64,000 nt of DNA from Thermoplasmata archaeon (GTDB lineage Archaea > Thermoplasmatota > Thermoplasmata > Lutacidiplasmatales > UBA184), in assembly GCA_021823345.1 (NCBI GenBank), contig JAKAOF010000003.1, positions 23,545 through 87,544 on the forward strand, read 5' to 3'. The position numbers and the translations under genes were made by a program. Positions 1 to 9,917 of the stretch are shown piece by piece; the first letter of the stretch is position 1, and every line of letters begins with the position of its first letter. The notes beneath the pieces are model-generated. The model made no database searches. It saw only the letters and a program-made list of their open reading frames with translations, and was not told the origin of the DNA.

Positions 1-374
1 GAGGAATCCCCCAGGTGATGCAACATCAAGTGGGCTGTAACCAGGTCGAACGTGCGGTCCGGGTACGACAAACGAGTGGCATCGGCCTGCTCCGTGAAGA
101 AGGCGGGGGGAATGGTCCCGTACCGCTTCCGCAAGTGGCTCTTCGCCACTTCGACCTGGGACAGATCGTAGTCGGTCACGTGGATCTCGGCCGGGTGGTA
201 TGCCTCGAAGAGCACTTGCGAGAACATAGAGTTCCCGGCCCCCAATTCCAAGACACGGGCCCCGGGAGAAATGGAGAACGAGGCTTCGTCACGCACCTGT
301 TTCAGCAGACGTTCGAACGAGCGGGTCCCCCGTCGATTGACGAAGAACTTGCCGAGCCGGGACATCTCGCTCAT
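1..374 (-). CDS. class I SAM-dependent methyltransferase (N-terminal part; 3' end lies beyond window start)
   Basis: My reverse-complement translation gives MSEMSRLGKFFVNRRG...ARVLELGAGNSMFSQVL...VTDYDLSQVEVAK, which contains the GxGxG SAM-binding motif I. The ATG overlaps the PadR stop as ATGA. It is absent from the ORF track because there is no in-window stop. Confidence 0.55.
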   Translation of the reverse strand, partial: MSEMSRLGKFFVNRRGTRSFERLLKQVRDEASFSISPGARVLELGAGNSMFSQVLFEAYHPAEIHVTDYDLSQVEVAKSHLRKRYGTIPPAFFTEQADATRLSYPDRTFDLVTAHLMLHHLGDS

Positions 375-808
375 GTTCTCCCCGGAGGAAAACGACCCCA
401 TCGAGACCAACGTTCTACGAGCTGCGCTACCCGAGCCGGGTCGACCGTTGCACGACCCGGATCCGCCCTGCGAAGGTCCTCGACATAGTCCGTGAGGCCT
501 TCCATCTCGGTCAGCACTTCGGTGACCGATCCGAGCGGCCCATGACCCATCGGATGCTGTCCGAAACGGACGGTCGAAGTGAGCTCGTATCGCCCATCCG
601 GCCGCTTCCGAATGAGCCCCTCATCGCACATCTCCTTGAGCCGAGGATAGATGGAGCCCGGGGAGGGGCGCCACGGATGATGGCGGTGGCTCCGCTTCTC
701 GATCTGGTCCATGACCTCCATCCCGGAAAGCGGCCCCTGCTCGAGGAGCCGGAGGATCAGCGGACGCAACATCCCCCGCCGGCGATAGAATCCGACCGAA
801 TGCCACAT
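371..808 (-). CDS. PadR-family winged-helix transcriptional regulator
   Basis: 145 aa with a PadR-like core (LILRLLEQGPLSGMEVMDQIEK...WRPSPGSIYPRLKEMCDEGLIRK). It is divergent from the helicase gene and sits upstream of the methyltransferase. Confidence 0.7.
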   Translation of the reverse strand: MWHSVGFYRRRGMLRPLILRLLEQGPLSGMEVMDQIEKRSHRHHPWRPSPGSIYPRLKEMCDEGLIRKRPDGRYELTSTVRFGQHPMGHGPLGSVTEVLTEMEGLTDYVEDLRRADPGRATVDPARVAQLVERWSRWGRFPPGRT

Positions 809-1043
809 GGTATCGCTTACCCGATATCGGATATACGATAACCCTACTTAAGGTTTGACGCCCGAATCCCGCGTGTGGTGACGGTCCTCGGGGGCACCCT
901 CCCCACCCTCGAGGCACGAGGGTGAGGAGGATATTCGGGGGAAGAACGTAGCCCCGAAGACCTTGCGAGAGGAACGCCATGGCCCCGGTTGTCCGGGCGA
1001 CGAGGATTAAACCCCTGCCCCTTGTCGGGATGAAACGAGCTTC

Positions 1044-2675
1044 GTGGGAAGCGCCTCCGTGCAGAGCTTTGTCAAGCATCCTCACATCCGCCCCGGCTCC
1101 CTGGAGGAGCGAGAGTATCAACGCAGCATCGCCCAGCATGTGCTCGAAGAGAATGTGCTCGCGGTGCTACCCACCGGCTTGGGAAAGACGGCGATCGCGC
1201 TCCGGGTGATGGCGCACTATCTCGGATCCGTCCCGGAAAAGGCGGTCCTGTTCCTCGCCCCGACCCGGCCCCTGGTGGAACAGCACGGGGTGTCCGTCGC
1301 CCGGACCTTGACGGGGGACCCTCCCTTGGTGCTCACCGGGCTCGTCGGCCGGGAGCGCCGGCACTGGGACCAGCTCGAGGGACGCGTGGTGGTCGCGACC
1401 CCGCAAGTGATCAACAACGACATTCGGGAAGGGTTGCTGGACCCGGCCCTCTTCTCGCTCGTGGTCTTCGACGAGGTGCACCGCGCCTCCGGAAGTTACC
1501 CCTATGTGCCGCTCGCAAACGCATTCCGTGAGGCAAGTTCTTGCCGACTCCTCGGGATGACCGCCTCCCCCGGGAATGATGCCGCCCGGGTCCGGGAGGT
1601 GATGGACTGCTTGGACGTCCTTCCCAGCGGCCTCGAAGTGCGGGACGGTACGGAGAGCGATGTTCAACCCTACCTTCACGGGATCCGGATCGAGACCGAA
1701 GAGGTCGATGCCCCCCCCAAGCTTCTCGAGGGGGGCCACGAGCTCCGCAAGTCCTTGGAACGATTCGAGGCGCAACTGGAGACTTCGGGCTACCTGCCCC
1801 CCGGGGGCCGGGTCAACCGCCGAGATCTGCTCGAACTCGGGAGCCGGCTCCGGTCCGATATCGAGCGCTATCGGGCCCGCGGCCAGAATCCCCCCGCCTC
1901 CTACTGGCAAGCAGTGTCCCGGCAATCGGTGGCCATGAAGCTCGTTCACGCCATTGAGCTCTTGGAGACCCAGGGACCCGCGGCGCTCGAACGGTACCTC
2001 CACCGGATGGCTTCAGGGGACCGCAAGCGCAGTCCTTCCACCCGGATGTTCTTCGCTGACGAAGCGGTCCAACGCGCGCTCAGTACCGTACAGGGGGACC
2101 GGCCCGAACATCCGAAGCTCGTCAAGGCCGTCGAGCTCATCCGGGGGGAACTTACCCATCGCCCGGGCTCGAAGGTGCTGCTTTTCACCCATTACCGCGA
2201 CATGGCCGACCTTGCGGTGCGGGCGCTGCAGGACCTCCACGACCCGGCGATCCAACCGGCTCGCTTTGTCGGGCAGGCAAGCCGGGGAGCCGAAGACGTG
2301 GGACTCAGTCAGAAAGAGCAGGGGAAGATCTTGCAAGCATTTCGGGAGGGCAGCGTGAACTGTCTCGTCGCGACCTCGGTAGCGGAGGAAGGGCTCGACA
2401 TTCCTGCGACGGACCTCGTCATATTCTATGAACCCGTTCCTTCGGAGATCCGGACGATCCAACGGAGGGGACGGACGGGCCGGTCTCAAGCCGGCAGGGT
2501 CGTGCTGCTCGTGACCCGGGGCACGCAAGACGTAGCGGTCCATCACGCCGCCCGCGGAAAGGAGTTCCGGATGAAGAAGCTGGTCGAGCAGCTCAAGGCG
2601 GGGGACACCCGCTCGACGAAACGGCCTCCGAAGGAACAGAAGACCGTATCCACGAGGATCGATGCGGATTGGTAA
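1044..2675 (+). CDS. Hef/FANCM-like SF2 helicase (helicase core only, no nuclease domain)
   Basis: REYQRSIA...LPTGLGKT (Walker A), FDEVHRA (DEVH box), C-terminal helicase motifs VATSVAEEGLDIP and QRRGRTGR. GTG start. Confidence 0.8.
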   Translation: MGSASVQSFVKHPHIRPGSLEEREYQRSIAQHVLEENVLAVLPTGLGKTAIALRVMAHYLGSVPEKAVLFLAPTRPLVEQHGVSVARTLTGDPPLVLTGLVGRERRHWDQLEGRVVVATPQVINNDIREGLLDPALFSLVVFDEVHRASGSYPYVPLANAFREASSCRLLGMTASPGNDAARVREVMDCLDVLPSGLEVRDGTESDVQPYLHGIRIETEEVDAPPKLLEGGHELRKSLERFEAQLETSGYLPPGGRVNRRDLLELGSRLRSDIERYRARGQNPPASYWQAVSRQSVAMKLVHAIELLETQGPAALERYLHRMASGDRKRSPSTRMFFADEAVQRALSTVQGDRPEHPKLVKAVELIRGELTHRPGSKVLLFTHYRDMADLAVRALQDLHDPAIQPARFVGQASRGAEDVGLSQKEQGKILQAFREGSVNCLVATSVAEEGLDIPATDLVIFYEPVPSEIRTIQRRGRTGRSQAGRVVLLVTRGTQDVAVHHAARGKEFRMKKLVEQLKAGDTRSTKRPPKEQKTVSTRIDADW

Positions 2676-2773
2676 CCCTCCCGGTGGTTTGACCACGGCG
2701 CTCCACCCGAGCGGCTTCCGATGGGCGTGAGAGAATAGCTGAAATACGGCGAGGCTCTCCTGACGAGAGAACC

Positions 2774-3001
2774 ATGAAAACGTACATCAAGGTCCAAATG
2801 GATTCAGAGGGAGCGAGCTTCTCGGACATCACCGATGTTCTCGAGGACCTTGGATTCCGCCCCGTGAAAGGGGAGTATGACTTCGTCTACAACTGGGACA
2901 AGCATGCGTCCGTCAAGGACTCCATTTGGTTCGCGGACAAGGTCCAGCTTGCGCTCAAGGGGCTAGGGGTCTGGTTCCGCGTCGAGACGGTAGACACGTA
3001 G
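2774..3001 (+). CDS. hypothetical small protein (75 aa)
   Basis: Clean ORF with GC3-rich codons and a protein-like sequence (MKTYIKVQMDSEGASFSDITDVLEDLGFRPVKGEYDFVYNWDKH...). No family recognised. Confidence 0.4.
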   Translation: MKTYIKVQMDSEGASFSDITDVLEDLGFRPVKGEYDFVYNWDKHASVKDSIWFADKVQLALKGLGVWFRVETVDT

Positions 3002-3011
3002 CGCCCCAATC

Positions 3012-4694
3012 ATGCCGACAGGGGCTTTGTCCCAACCTAAGGGGGAAAAGCCACTGGCGACCAAGAGAAAACCCATCCGCTTCGGGATCAACACATTTGT
3101 CGGACTGATCTCTGCCGTCCTGATCCAGATCCTTGGGTGGATCGGAACCAAGCTGCTCTTCATCCACCTCGTACCGAGCGGCTCCGCCACGTACTCCTAT
3201 GGTCTGAACCTTCTGGGTACGGTCAGTTTTCTTTCCCTGCTCTTCGCCGTCGTTACGGGCATCGGGGGGTTCCGTATCGGGAATGCCATGGTCTTCTTCG
3301 TGGCGCGCGGAGCGGACCGCCGTCCGCTGGTCGGGACCTACATCATCTGGCATTCGGTCACCTTCTCCATCCTGTCGTCCATCATCGTCATCCTGGCGCT
3401 GCAGTGGGGCTGGGTGCCGGCGGCGTACCTCGTACCGCTGGTCCTCTTTGTCGTTCTCGTTCCGCTCCTGCACGTCCTCCCCTTTGCCTACTCGGCCGAA
3501 CGAACGGCCATGGGTCAGGCCGCGCTCGGGCTCATGCCGAACGTGGTCGAGGCGGTGGTCCGGATGGGCCTCATCGTCTACTTCGTGTTCCCGTACTCTC
3601 CTGGTCAGACTCCGCTGACCCTGTCGCCCACGGCCTTCAGTGTCGCGGTGGTCACGAAGATCGCCATCGCTTACGTGTTCGGTGCGTTCGCGGGATTCCT
3701 ATTCAGCACGCCGATCTTGCGGGACATTTCATTCCGCAACTTTTGGCCCACGCTACGTGACCTGTTCAGCTACGCCACCCCGCTCATGCTGGCCATGCTC
3801 CTCACCTTCAGTGTGACGCTCGTCACCCCGGCGGTCGTCAAGGCGCTGGCAGGCTTCGCGGTATTCCAGGCATATTCGAGTGTGAATGCGTTCCTCATCC
3901 TGCTTATGTTCCTGCCGAACGCGGTCGTGCTTCCGCTGTTTCCTACCCTTGCCCGACTGCATGCCGAGGGTCGAATGGTGGAACTTCGGCAGCGGGTGAC
4001 GAAGGCCATTCGCTACACGTTCCTCATCCTGGCGCCGGGGATCGTCGTCATTTCGGTTTACCGGGTCGATCTCCTGAACCTCATGTACAATGCCTCGCTC
4101 ATTCCGCTCGGCGCCAACGCGATGATCGTCGTGTCGATCGCCACGCTCCCCATGGCCCTCTTCCTCATCACCGGGACGACCCTGGATGCGGTCGGGTTGC
4201 AACGACGGGAGTTCTACGCATCGGCCGTTCAGCTCATCGCGATCTTCACCAGTCTCGTATTCCTGGTCCCCCGTTACAACGTCGTGGGGGCGACCCTGAG
4301 CGTGGTGCTCGGTTCGATGGCGGGTCTTGCCATGAACGTCTGGTATCTGCACCGGAACATGCCGATCCACGTGCCCTACCGTTCGGTCATCACCGTGCTC
4401 GCGGCCTCGGCGGCCACGTTTGCGCTCTTCTCGAACACAATCTATATCACGATCACGGAGGGCGTGGGCCAGTTCCTCCACCTACGGGTGTCCGTCTATC
4501 ACATCCCGGTCCAGTACTGGTACGTCCTCATCCCGGTGATCGCCCTGGGGACCCTCGTCTACGGGTGCCTCCTGCTCGTGATCGGGGAGATCACGAAGGA
4601 GGATGTACTCGAACTGACCCAGTCTGCGGGACTCCCGGATTCCCTAGGTCGTGCCCTCGCCAAGTTCTGCTGGAAGTCCCGTCCATCGAAGTGA
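3012..4694 (+). CDS. polytopic membrane protein, MOP/Wzx-like oligosaccharide flippase family
   Basis: 560 aa with about 12-14 hydrophobic segments and a polysaccharide-biosynthesis/flippase-like layout. This is an inference from the hydropathy pattern. Confidence 0.55.
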   Translation: MPTGALSQPKGEKPLATKRKPIRFGINTFVGLISAVLIQILGWIGTKLLFIHLVPSGSATYSYGLNLLGTVSFLSLLFAVVTGIGGFRIGNAMVFFVARGADRRPLVGTYIIWHSVTFSILSSIIVILALQWGWVPAAYLVPLVLFVVLVPLLHVLPFAYSAERTAMGQAALGLMPNVVEAVVRMGLIVYFVFPYSPGQTPLTLSPTAFSVAVVTKIAIAYVFGAFAGFLFSTPILRDISFRNFWPTLRDLFSYATPLMLAMLLTFSVTLVTPAVVKALAGFAVFQAYSSVNAFLILLMFLPNAVVLPLFPTLARLHAEGRMVELRQRVTKAIRYTFLILAPGIVVISVYRVDLLNLMYNASLIPLGANAMIVVSIATLPMALFLITGTTLDAVGLQRREFYASAVQLIAIFTSLVFLVPRYNVVGATLSVVLGSMAGLAMNVWYLHRNMPIHVPYRSVITVLAASAATFALFSNTIYITITEGVGQFLHLRVSVYHIPVQYWYVLIPVIALGTLVYGCLLLVIGEITKEDVLELTQSAGLPDSLGRALAKFCWKSRPSK

Positions 4695-4733
4695 CGGTGT
4701 GAGCGTTAAGTCCTCGAGGGGATTGGGATAATC

Positions 4734-5750
4734 ATGGCCATCCTGGGGATCGAGACGACGGCCCACACGGCGTCGATCGGGGTCGTGGACGAGCATGCCC
4801 GCGTCCTCGCCCTCGCCTCGGACGTCTACCGACCGACGGCCGGCGGGATCCACCCCCGAGAAGCGGCCAATCACCACGCCGAAGCGTTCCCGGCCTTGCT
4901 CGAAAAGCTCCTCGCCGAGGGCAAGTTCCAGCCCTCGGAGATCGAGGGGATCGCCTTCTCGCAGGGGCCAGGACTGGGCCCGTGCCTGCGGACGGGTGCG
5001 ACCGTGGCCCGCGTCCTCGCCCTGGCCTGGAACCGTCCCCTCATCCCGGTGAACCATTGCATCGCGCACATCGAGATCGCCCGCGTGCTGAGCGGTATGG
5101 ACGATCCCATCCTGCTCTATGCCTCGGGAGGGAACACCCAGATCGTCTCCTTCTCCCACGGGAGGTACCGGGTCCTGGGGGAGACCCTGGACATCGGAGT
5201 GGGGAATTTTCTCGACAAGCTAGCGATCACGCTCGGTGGAACCTTTCCGGGCGGCCCCCTCATCGAGAAGTGGGGGGAGCAGGGAAAGGAGCTCGTCGAC
5301 CTTCCCTATTCCGTCCATGGAATGGACATCAGTTTCTCCGGGCTCTTGACCGCCGCAACGGCCGCCTATCGGGCCGGGGCCACTCGGGAGAACCTCTCCT
5401 ATAGCGTGGAGTTGACCGCCTTCTCGATGCTCTGCGAGGTGCTCGAGCGGGGAGTCGCCCATCTCTCCAAGAAGGAGGTGGTCCTGGGAGGCGGCGTGGC
5501 CGCCAACCGGATGCTCCGATCGATGGTCGAGAAGATGGCGGCCCCGAGAGGGGTGCGGGTCTTCGCTCCTCCTCCGCAGCTCTGTGTCGATAACGGTGCC
5601 ATGATCGCCTGGACAGGGGCGCTCGCCCTCCGGAATGGGCTCGACATCCGGATCGAAGAGAGCCCCGTGCTCCCGCGGCAACGGACGGACCACGTCGATG
5701 TCCCGTGGCGGAGCCCCGTGGCCCCGACCCGGTCGCCGGCCACCGCATGA
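4734..5750 (+). CDS. kae1: tRNA N6-adenosine threonylcarbamoyltransferase Kae1 (KEOPS catalytic subunit)
   Basis: MAILGIETTAHTASIGVV...LIPVNHCIAHIE...LLYASGGNTQIV...VVLGGGVAANRMLR, which is the Kae1/TsaD family signature. Confidence 0.9.
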   Translation: MAILGIETTAHTASIGVVDEHARVLALASDVYRPTAGGIHPREAANHHAEAFPALLEKLLAEGKFQPSEIEGIAFSQGPGLGPCLRTGATVARVLALAWNRPLIPVNHCIAHIEIARVLSGMDDPILLYASGGNTQIVSFSHGRYRVLGETLDIGVGNFLDKLAITLGGTFPGGPLIEKWGEQGKELVDLPYSVHGMDISFSGLLTAATAAYRAGATRENLSYSVELTAFSMLCEVLERGVAHLSKKEVVLGGGVAANRMLRSMVEKMAAPRGVRVFAPPPQLCVDNGAMIAWTGALALRNGLDIRIEESPVLPRQRTDHVDVPWRSPVAPTRSPATA

Positions 5751-6748
5751 GCGTCCGCCCGGCCTCTCCCGTCGATTCCGGAGCCCCGAAATCGTTCAAG
5801 GCACGGGTCGAGGCGCTCCTCGCCGTGGCCCGCGTTCTCCGCACCGGGGTTCCGCTCCCGGAGTTCCTCTCGTTGCTCCCGGCGGGAGGCCCGCAAAACG
5901 TTGCGGAAATGCTCGCTTGGTTCGAAGCCCATCCCCAGAGCGGTTGGGTGCGGGAAGGATACGTCTTCCCCTACGGAATGGATGTGGACCCCGCGGTACT
6001 TCATCGCGCGAGAAAGGAGAGCGCAGAGCGGATCGAGGTCGCCCGGGACATCCTTTCCCGGGACCTCCGGTCGATGGGTCGGCTGCTCCGGTACGTGGCC
6101 GTCACCGGGTCGACCGCCTTCGGGTCCGCACAGCCTGAGGACGATCTGGATTTCTTCGTGGTCACCCGGAAGGGGACCCTGTGGACCTTTCTCCTGGTGA
6201 CCTACATCCTGGGCCGGCTCCGGAGCCGGAAGGGCATCCAGCTCTGCCTCAACTATGTGCTCGATGAGCGATCGGCGTCCCGAGAATTCCTCTCGACCCA
6301 GCACATCATTTTTGCCCGAGAAGCGCTGGTGATGAAGCCGGTCTTCGGCCGGGAGTACGGGGCCCGTCTCTTGGCGCAGGCCCCGTGGATCCATGAAATG
6401 TTCCCGCGGATCGAACGGCTCCACGGGTCGTCGTCCGCTCCCTCGACCGAACGTTCACCGCTGTTCCCCGTCCTGACCGGAGTTGGCATCTTCCCGTTCC
6501 TCGCCACCTACCTCGTGTTGCTGGGACTGTATCGGAGCGGACGATACTCGAAGAGCGGGCAGTTCGAGTCGGCCTTCCGAACGGACTTCGGCTGGCGACG
6601 GTTGAGCTACAAGAGCGAGAAGTACGATCATCTGCTCGCCTTGTACGGAGGATTCGCAGACAGAAACGCTGCGGAGGCGTCCGAATCCACAGTCCCTGGC
6701 CCGGGGTCCGAAAGTGTTCGACCATCAAATCCGGGCAAAGCTGATTAG
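5747..6748 (+). CDS. nucleotidyltransferase-fold domain protein
   Basis: VAVTGSTAFGSAQPEDDLDFFVV matches the G[ST]x9-13DxD polymerase-beta-type NTase motif. The ATG overlaps the kae1 stop (ATGA). There are no kinase (Bud32) motifs. Confidence 0.5.
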   Translation: MSVRPASPVDSGAPKSFKARVEALLAVARVLRTGVPLPEFLSLLPAGGPQNVAEMLAWFEAHPQSGWVREGYVFPYGMDVDPAVLHRARKESAERIEVARDILSRDLRSMGRLLRYVAVTGSTAFGSAQPEDDLDFFVVTRKGTLWTFLLVTYILGRLRSRKGIQLCLNYVLDERSASREFLSTQHIIFAREALVMKPVFGREYGARLLAQAPWIHEMFPRIERLHGSSSAPSTERSPLFPVLTGVGIFPFLATYLVLLGLYRSGRYSKSGQFESAFRTDFGWRRLSYKSEKYDHLLALYGGFADRNAAEASESTVPGPGSESVRPSNPGKAD

Positions 6749-6773
6749 GCCCGTGTCCCATCCTATTTTTACG

Positions 6774-9700
6774 ATGCGATGGCCAGGGTTGACGGTACTC
6801 GTGATCGTCATGGGGTTGGTCGTCACCAACGTGCCTTCCCCGCAGTTCACGGGAGCGGGAACTTCGATCGTTCAGGTCCACGGTGATGAACGATACCTCG
6901 GCACGTCCCCCGCCCTCGTGGGCGCCATGGTTGCGCAGAACCTGACGTGGAATGCCACGACCGCCCGCCCGGCCCCCCTTCCGATCGCCGGGCGCTGTGG
7001 TCGAGGATTGAGCGCCGGGGCGGCTCTGGGCGGCGATCTCATGGTCTTCGTTGCGAACTACACGGGACCCGCCGGATCGTGTACCTCGACGAGCTTCACC
7101 AACGACACGCTCCTTTACAACGAGTCGAACAACACCTGGTGGAGCCTGGCGAGCAAGGTGCAGCCCCCGCCTGTGGCGAACTTCTCGCTTTCGGTCGACC
7201 CCACGTTCGCCGGTGGGGTCGCCATCCTATTCGACGGGGAAAATCCCGTCTCGCACGTGCCCTACAATGGAACTTGGCTCTTTTACTTCAGCAACGAGAC
7301 CTGGCGCCACATCGATCCGGCCGGGGGCCCGTCGGCCCGAGTGTCCGCCGCCGTAGGATTGGACCCGATGACCCATGATCTCCTGGTGTTCGGAGGCATC
7401 AACATCACGGCGCGGGGGTACGACGACGACTGGTGGAGCCTGAACCTTTCGACCAACGCTTGGAGCTACATCGGGGTCGCCCCGGCCCTCGTCGCCGGAG
7501 GTTATGGGGTGTACGGTGCCTCCGTGATTTCGGAGTCCCCGGGCCACCTTCTCGTGTTCGGGGGATGCAGTTCCATCTCCCTTTACACGACCGGGTGCTC
7601 GAACCAGACCGCGACCCTCTACGCCGAAGCGGGGGGAGGCTGGGGGTATGCCCTCAACGCCACGTCGGGCCCGACCGCCCGAGCGTTCTCCGGATGGGCG
7701 TGGGACCCTGCCCAGGGGGTGGCGCTGCTCTTTGGGGGAGAGACGCTCCAGACCACGGTGCCCGGGTTCCTCAATGACACATGGATCTACCATCCCACCA
7801 CGGACCGGTGGATCCGTCAGGCCGTCCCCCCCTGGGCCCCGTCGCCCCGATTCCGCGTGCCGCTCGAATGGCTGAGCTCCCCCACGAACGAGACGGCCGT
7901 TCTCGTCGGGGGGGTAGGCGGAGCGGCGCTCCCCGGAAAGCAGTTGTGGCGACTCTCTCCATCGTCCTCCGCGTTCGTCACCGTGACCAACCAGTCGGGA
8001 GGAGATTTGGCGGGTGCCCGCGTGGACATCGATGCGGGGGGAGGGAGTTGGCAGCGCGTGACCAATGTGACGGGCGTTGCGGAGTTTGTGCACGTGCCCT
8101 CGGGGATCTTGCGGGCGATCGCCAACGCGTCGGGATACTACCAGAACCAGACGGTCCGCTCCGTGCTCCCCAATTCGACCGCTGCGTTCACGATGGTTCT
8201 CGTCCCGCTACCGGTACTGCGGGTCCGGACCTTCACGCAAAGTGCGAACGGACGGATACCACTGGGTGCCGTGGCGCTCCTATGGGATTCCGGGACCGTG
8301 CCAGCGGCCAACACGGATGCCCGCGGATACTACAACTTCACCGCCGGTCATGGAGGGAAGGTGACCATCACCGGTGAAAAGAAGGGCTACGAGACCCAGT
8401 CCAACAACACCACGCTCCCCGTGGTGGGCGTGGCCTACCTCAATCTCACCCTGCCCGTGATCCAGCCGGCGAACCTTACCGTAGAGGTTCGGAACCCACA
8501 GAAGGCCCCTATCGATAAAGTGACCGTCGACGCCGTCAACATCTCCCAGGGGCTCTCCCTGGTCAACACGACGAACACGGCGGGATACGCGAACTTCTCC
8601 AACCTCCCGGGATACATCTGGGTGAGCCTCACGGCGATCCCCACCTCGGGCTACTACAGCAACTCCACGAACGTGGCCCTCAGCGCCGGGAACCGTACGT
8701 GGGTCAATATCACCCTTCAGCCGTGGCCCGAGCTTCACGTCCACGTCCTCGGCACGGTCGACGGGGGCCCGAAGAACGTTGCCGTCAATTCCGCCGCGGT
8801 GTACCGGAACCTCACCTTCCTCGGGGCGACCAAGACCACCGGTTGGTACAATCTCACCTCTTCGCCCGGGCCCGCGAACATCTCCGCGACGGCCACGGGC
8901 TTTTACTCGGGTTACCGAAACGTGGTGCTCAACCGGACGGGCGTGACGAACGTCACCATCGTCCTGACCGCATGGCCGTCGCTTCACGTGCGGGTGTTCG
9001 GCAACCAAACGGCCGGCTTCCCCATCGCACTCGCCGGTGTGGCGGTCGCTAACAATCTGAGCGGCCCCATCGGGGCCACGGGTCCGCTCGGATGGCTCAA
9101 TGTGACGGTGACCCAGGGTCCGGAGCACGTATCGGTCAGCAAGCTGGATTACCACCCGCAGTCCCGGAACGTGGTCCTCAATCGCACGGGCATCCTCAAC
9201 GTGACCTTCTACCTCGCCCCGTTCCTTGCCAACATCTCCGTCCACGTCCTCACCACCTTGGGAGCCAACTACATCAACGGGACCACGCTGCGGGGTCTCG
9301 GAGGCGCCCAGGTCAACATCACGGCCACGACCGGCCGGGTGCTCGTCAACCTCACGAACTTCATCGGGTACCTCAACACAACGATCGTGGAAGGGAACTA
9401 TTCCTTCTCGGCCTGGGAGTTCGGCTACAAGCACGCCCCTTCCCAGGGTCCGTTGTACGCGAACGCGAGCAAGACCACGACCCTCACCTTCGTCCTTTAC
9501 CCCGTCCCGGGCGCCAACGTGAACGTCCTCATCCACGACCGCAACACCACGGCCCCCATCCACAACGCGACGGTGGAGGTCGGCCTGTATCACCAGGGGC
9601 TCACGAACATCGCGGGATGGGCCAATTTCACCGACGTGCTCCCTCCGGCGCGTTACACGATCTTCGCCGTGGCCGCCGGCTATCGCGCGAACGAGACGAA

Positions 9701-9917
9701 CGTGACCCTGACCTACTACCAGGTGATCCCGCGGCTCCTGATGAACCTCACCAAGTTGACGCCGCCGCCGTCCCACGGGACGAGCGGGAACAACAGTTGG
9801 TCGCTCGTCCCCCCGCAGGAACAGTACACCTGGTGGCCGTTCCTCCTCCTCCCGCTGGTCTTTGCCATCGGGGCGTTCGTGGTCATCGTGAGCCAGCGCT
9901 CAGGCCGTCGTAGCTGA
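6774..9917 (+). CDS. large cell-surface glycoprotein: N-terminal signal/TM, beta-propeller-like region, repeated CarboxypepD_reg-like beta-sandwich domains, C-terminal TM anchor
   Basis: N-terminal hydrophobic LTVLVIVMGLVV. Very high NxS/T sequon density (NLTWNATT, NYTGP, NDTLLYNESNNTWW and others). Repeated modules such as VTVTNQSGGDLAGARVDIDAGGGSWQRVTNVTGVAEF. C-terminal WWPFLLLPLVFAIGAFVVIVSQRSGRRS. Confidence 0.7.
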   Translation: MRWPGLTVLVIVMGLVVTNVPSPQFTGAGTSIVQVHGDERYLGTSPALVGAMVAQNLTWNATTARPAPLPIAGRCGRGLSAGAALGGDLMVFVANYTGPAGSCTSTSFTNDTLLYNESNNTWWSLASKVQPPPVANFSLSVDPTFAGGVAILFDGENPVSHVPYNGTWLFYFSNETWRHIDPAGGPSARVSAAVGLDPMTHDLLVFGGINITARGYDDDWWSLNLSTNAWSYIGVAPALVAGGYGVYGASVISESPGHLLVFGGCSSISLYTTGCSNQTATLYAEAGGGWGYALNATSGPTARAFSGWAWDPAQGVALLFGGETLQTTVPGFLNDTWIYHPTTDRWIRQAVPPWAPSPRFRVPLEWLSSPTNETAVLVGGVGGAALPGKQLWRLSPSSSAFVTVTNQSGGDLAGARVDIDAGGGSWQRVTNVTGVAEFVHVPSGILRAIANASGYYQNQTVRSVLPNSTAAFTMVLVPLPVLRVRTFTQSANGRIPLGAVALLWDSGTVPAANTDARGYYNFTAGHGGKVTITGEKKGYETQSNNTTLPVVGVAYLNLTLPVIQPANLTVEVRNPQKAPIDKVTVDAVNISQGLSLVNTTNTAGYANFSNLPGYIWVSLTAIPTSGYYSNSTNVALSAGNRTWVNITLQPWPELHVHVLGTVDGGPKNVAVNSAAVYRNLTFLGATKTTGWYNLTSSPGPANISATATGFYSGYRNVVLNRTGVTNVTIVLTAWPSLHVRVFGNQTAGFPIALAGVAVANNLSGPIGATGPLGWLNVTVTQGPEHVSVSKLDYHPQSRNVVLNRTGILNVTFYLAPFLANISVHVLTTLGANYINGTTLRGLGGAQVNITATTGRVLVNLTNFIGYLNTTIVEGNYSFSAWEFGYKHAPSQGPLYANASKTTTLTFVLYPVPGANVNVLIHDRNTTAPIHNATVEVGLYHQGLTNIAGWANFTDVLPPARYTIFAVAAGYRANETNVTLTYYQVIPRLLMNLTKLTPPPSHGTSGNNSWSLVPPQEQYTWWPFLLLPLVFAIGAFVVIVSQRSGRRS

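Noticed and set aside
621-1139. 172-aa minus ORF overlapping PadR and the divergent promoter region
   Set aside because: It overlaps PadR in another frame and spans the intergenic spacer. Its composition is not protein-like.
8280-9776. 498-aa minus-strand ORF inside the 6774..9917 glycoprotein gene
   Set aside because: This is an antisense shadow ORF typical of GC-rich DNA. The translation is Arg/Gly/Pro/His-rich low-complexity sequence with no motifs. The plus-strand gene has clear domain structure.
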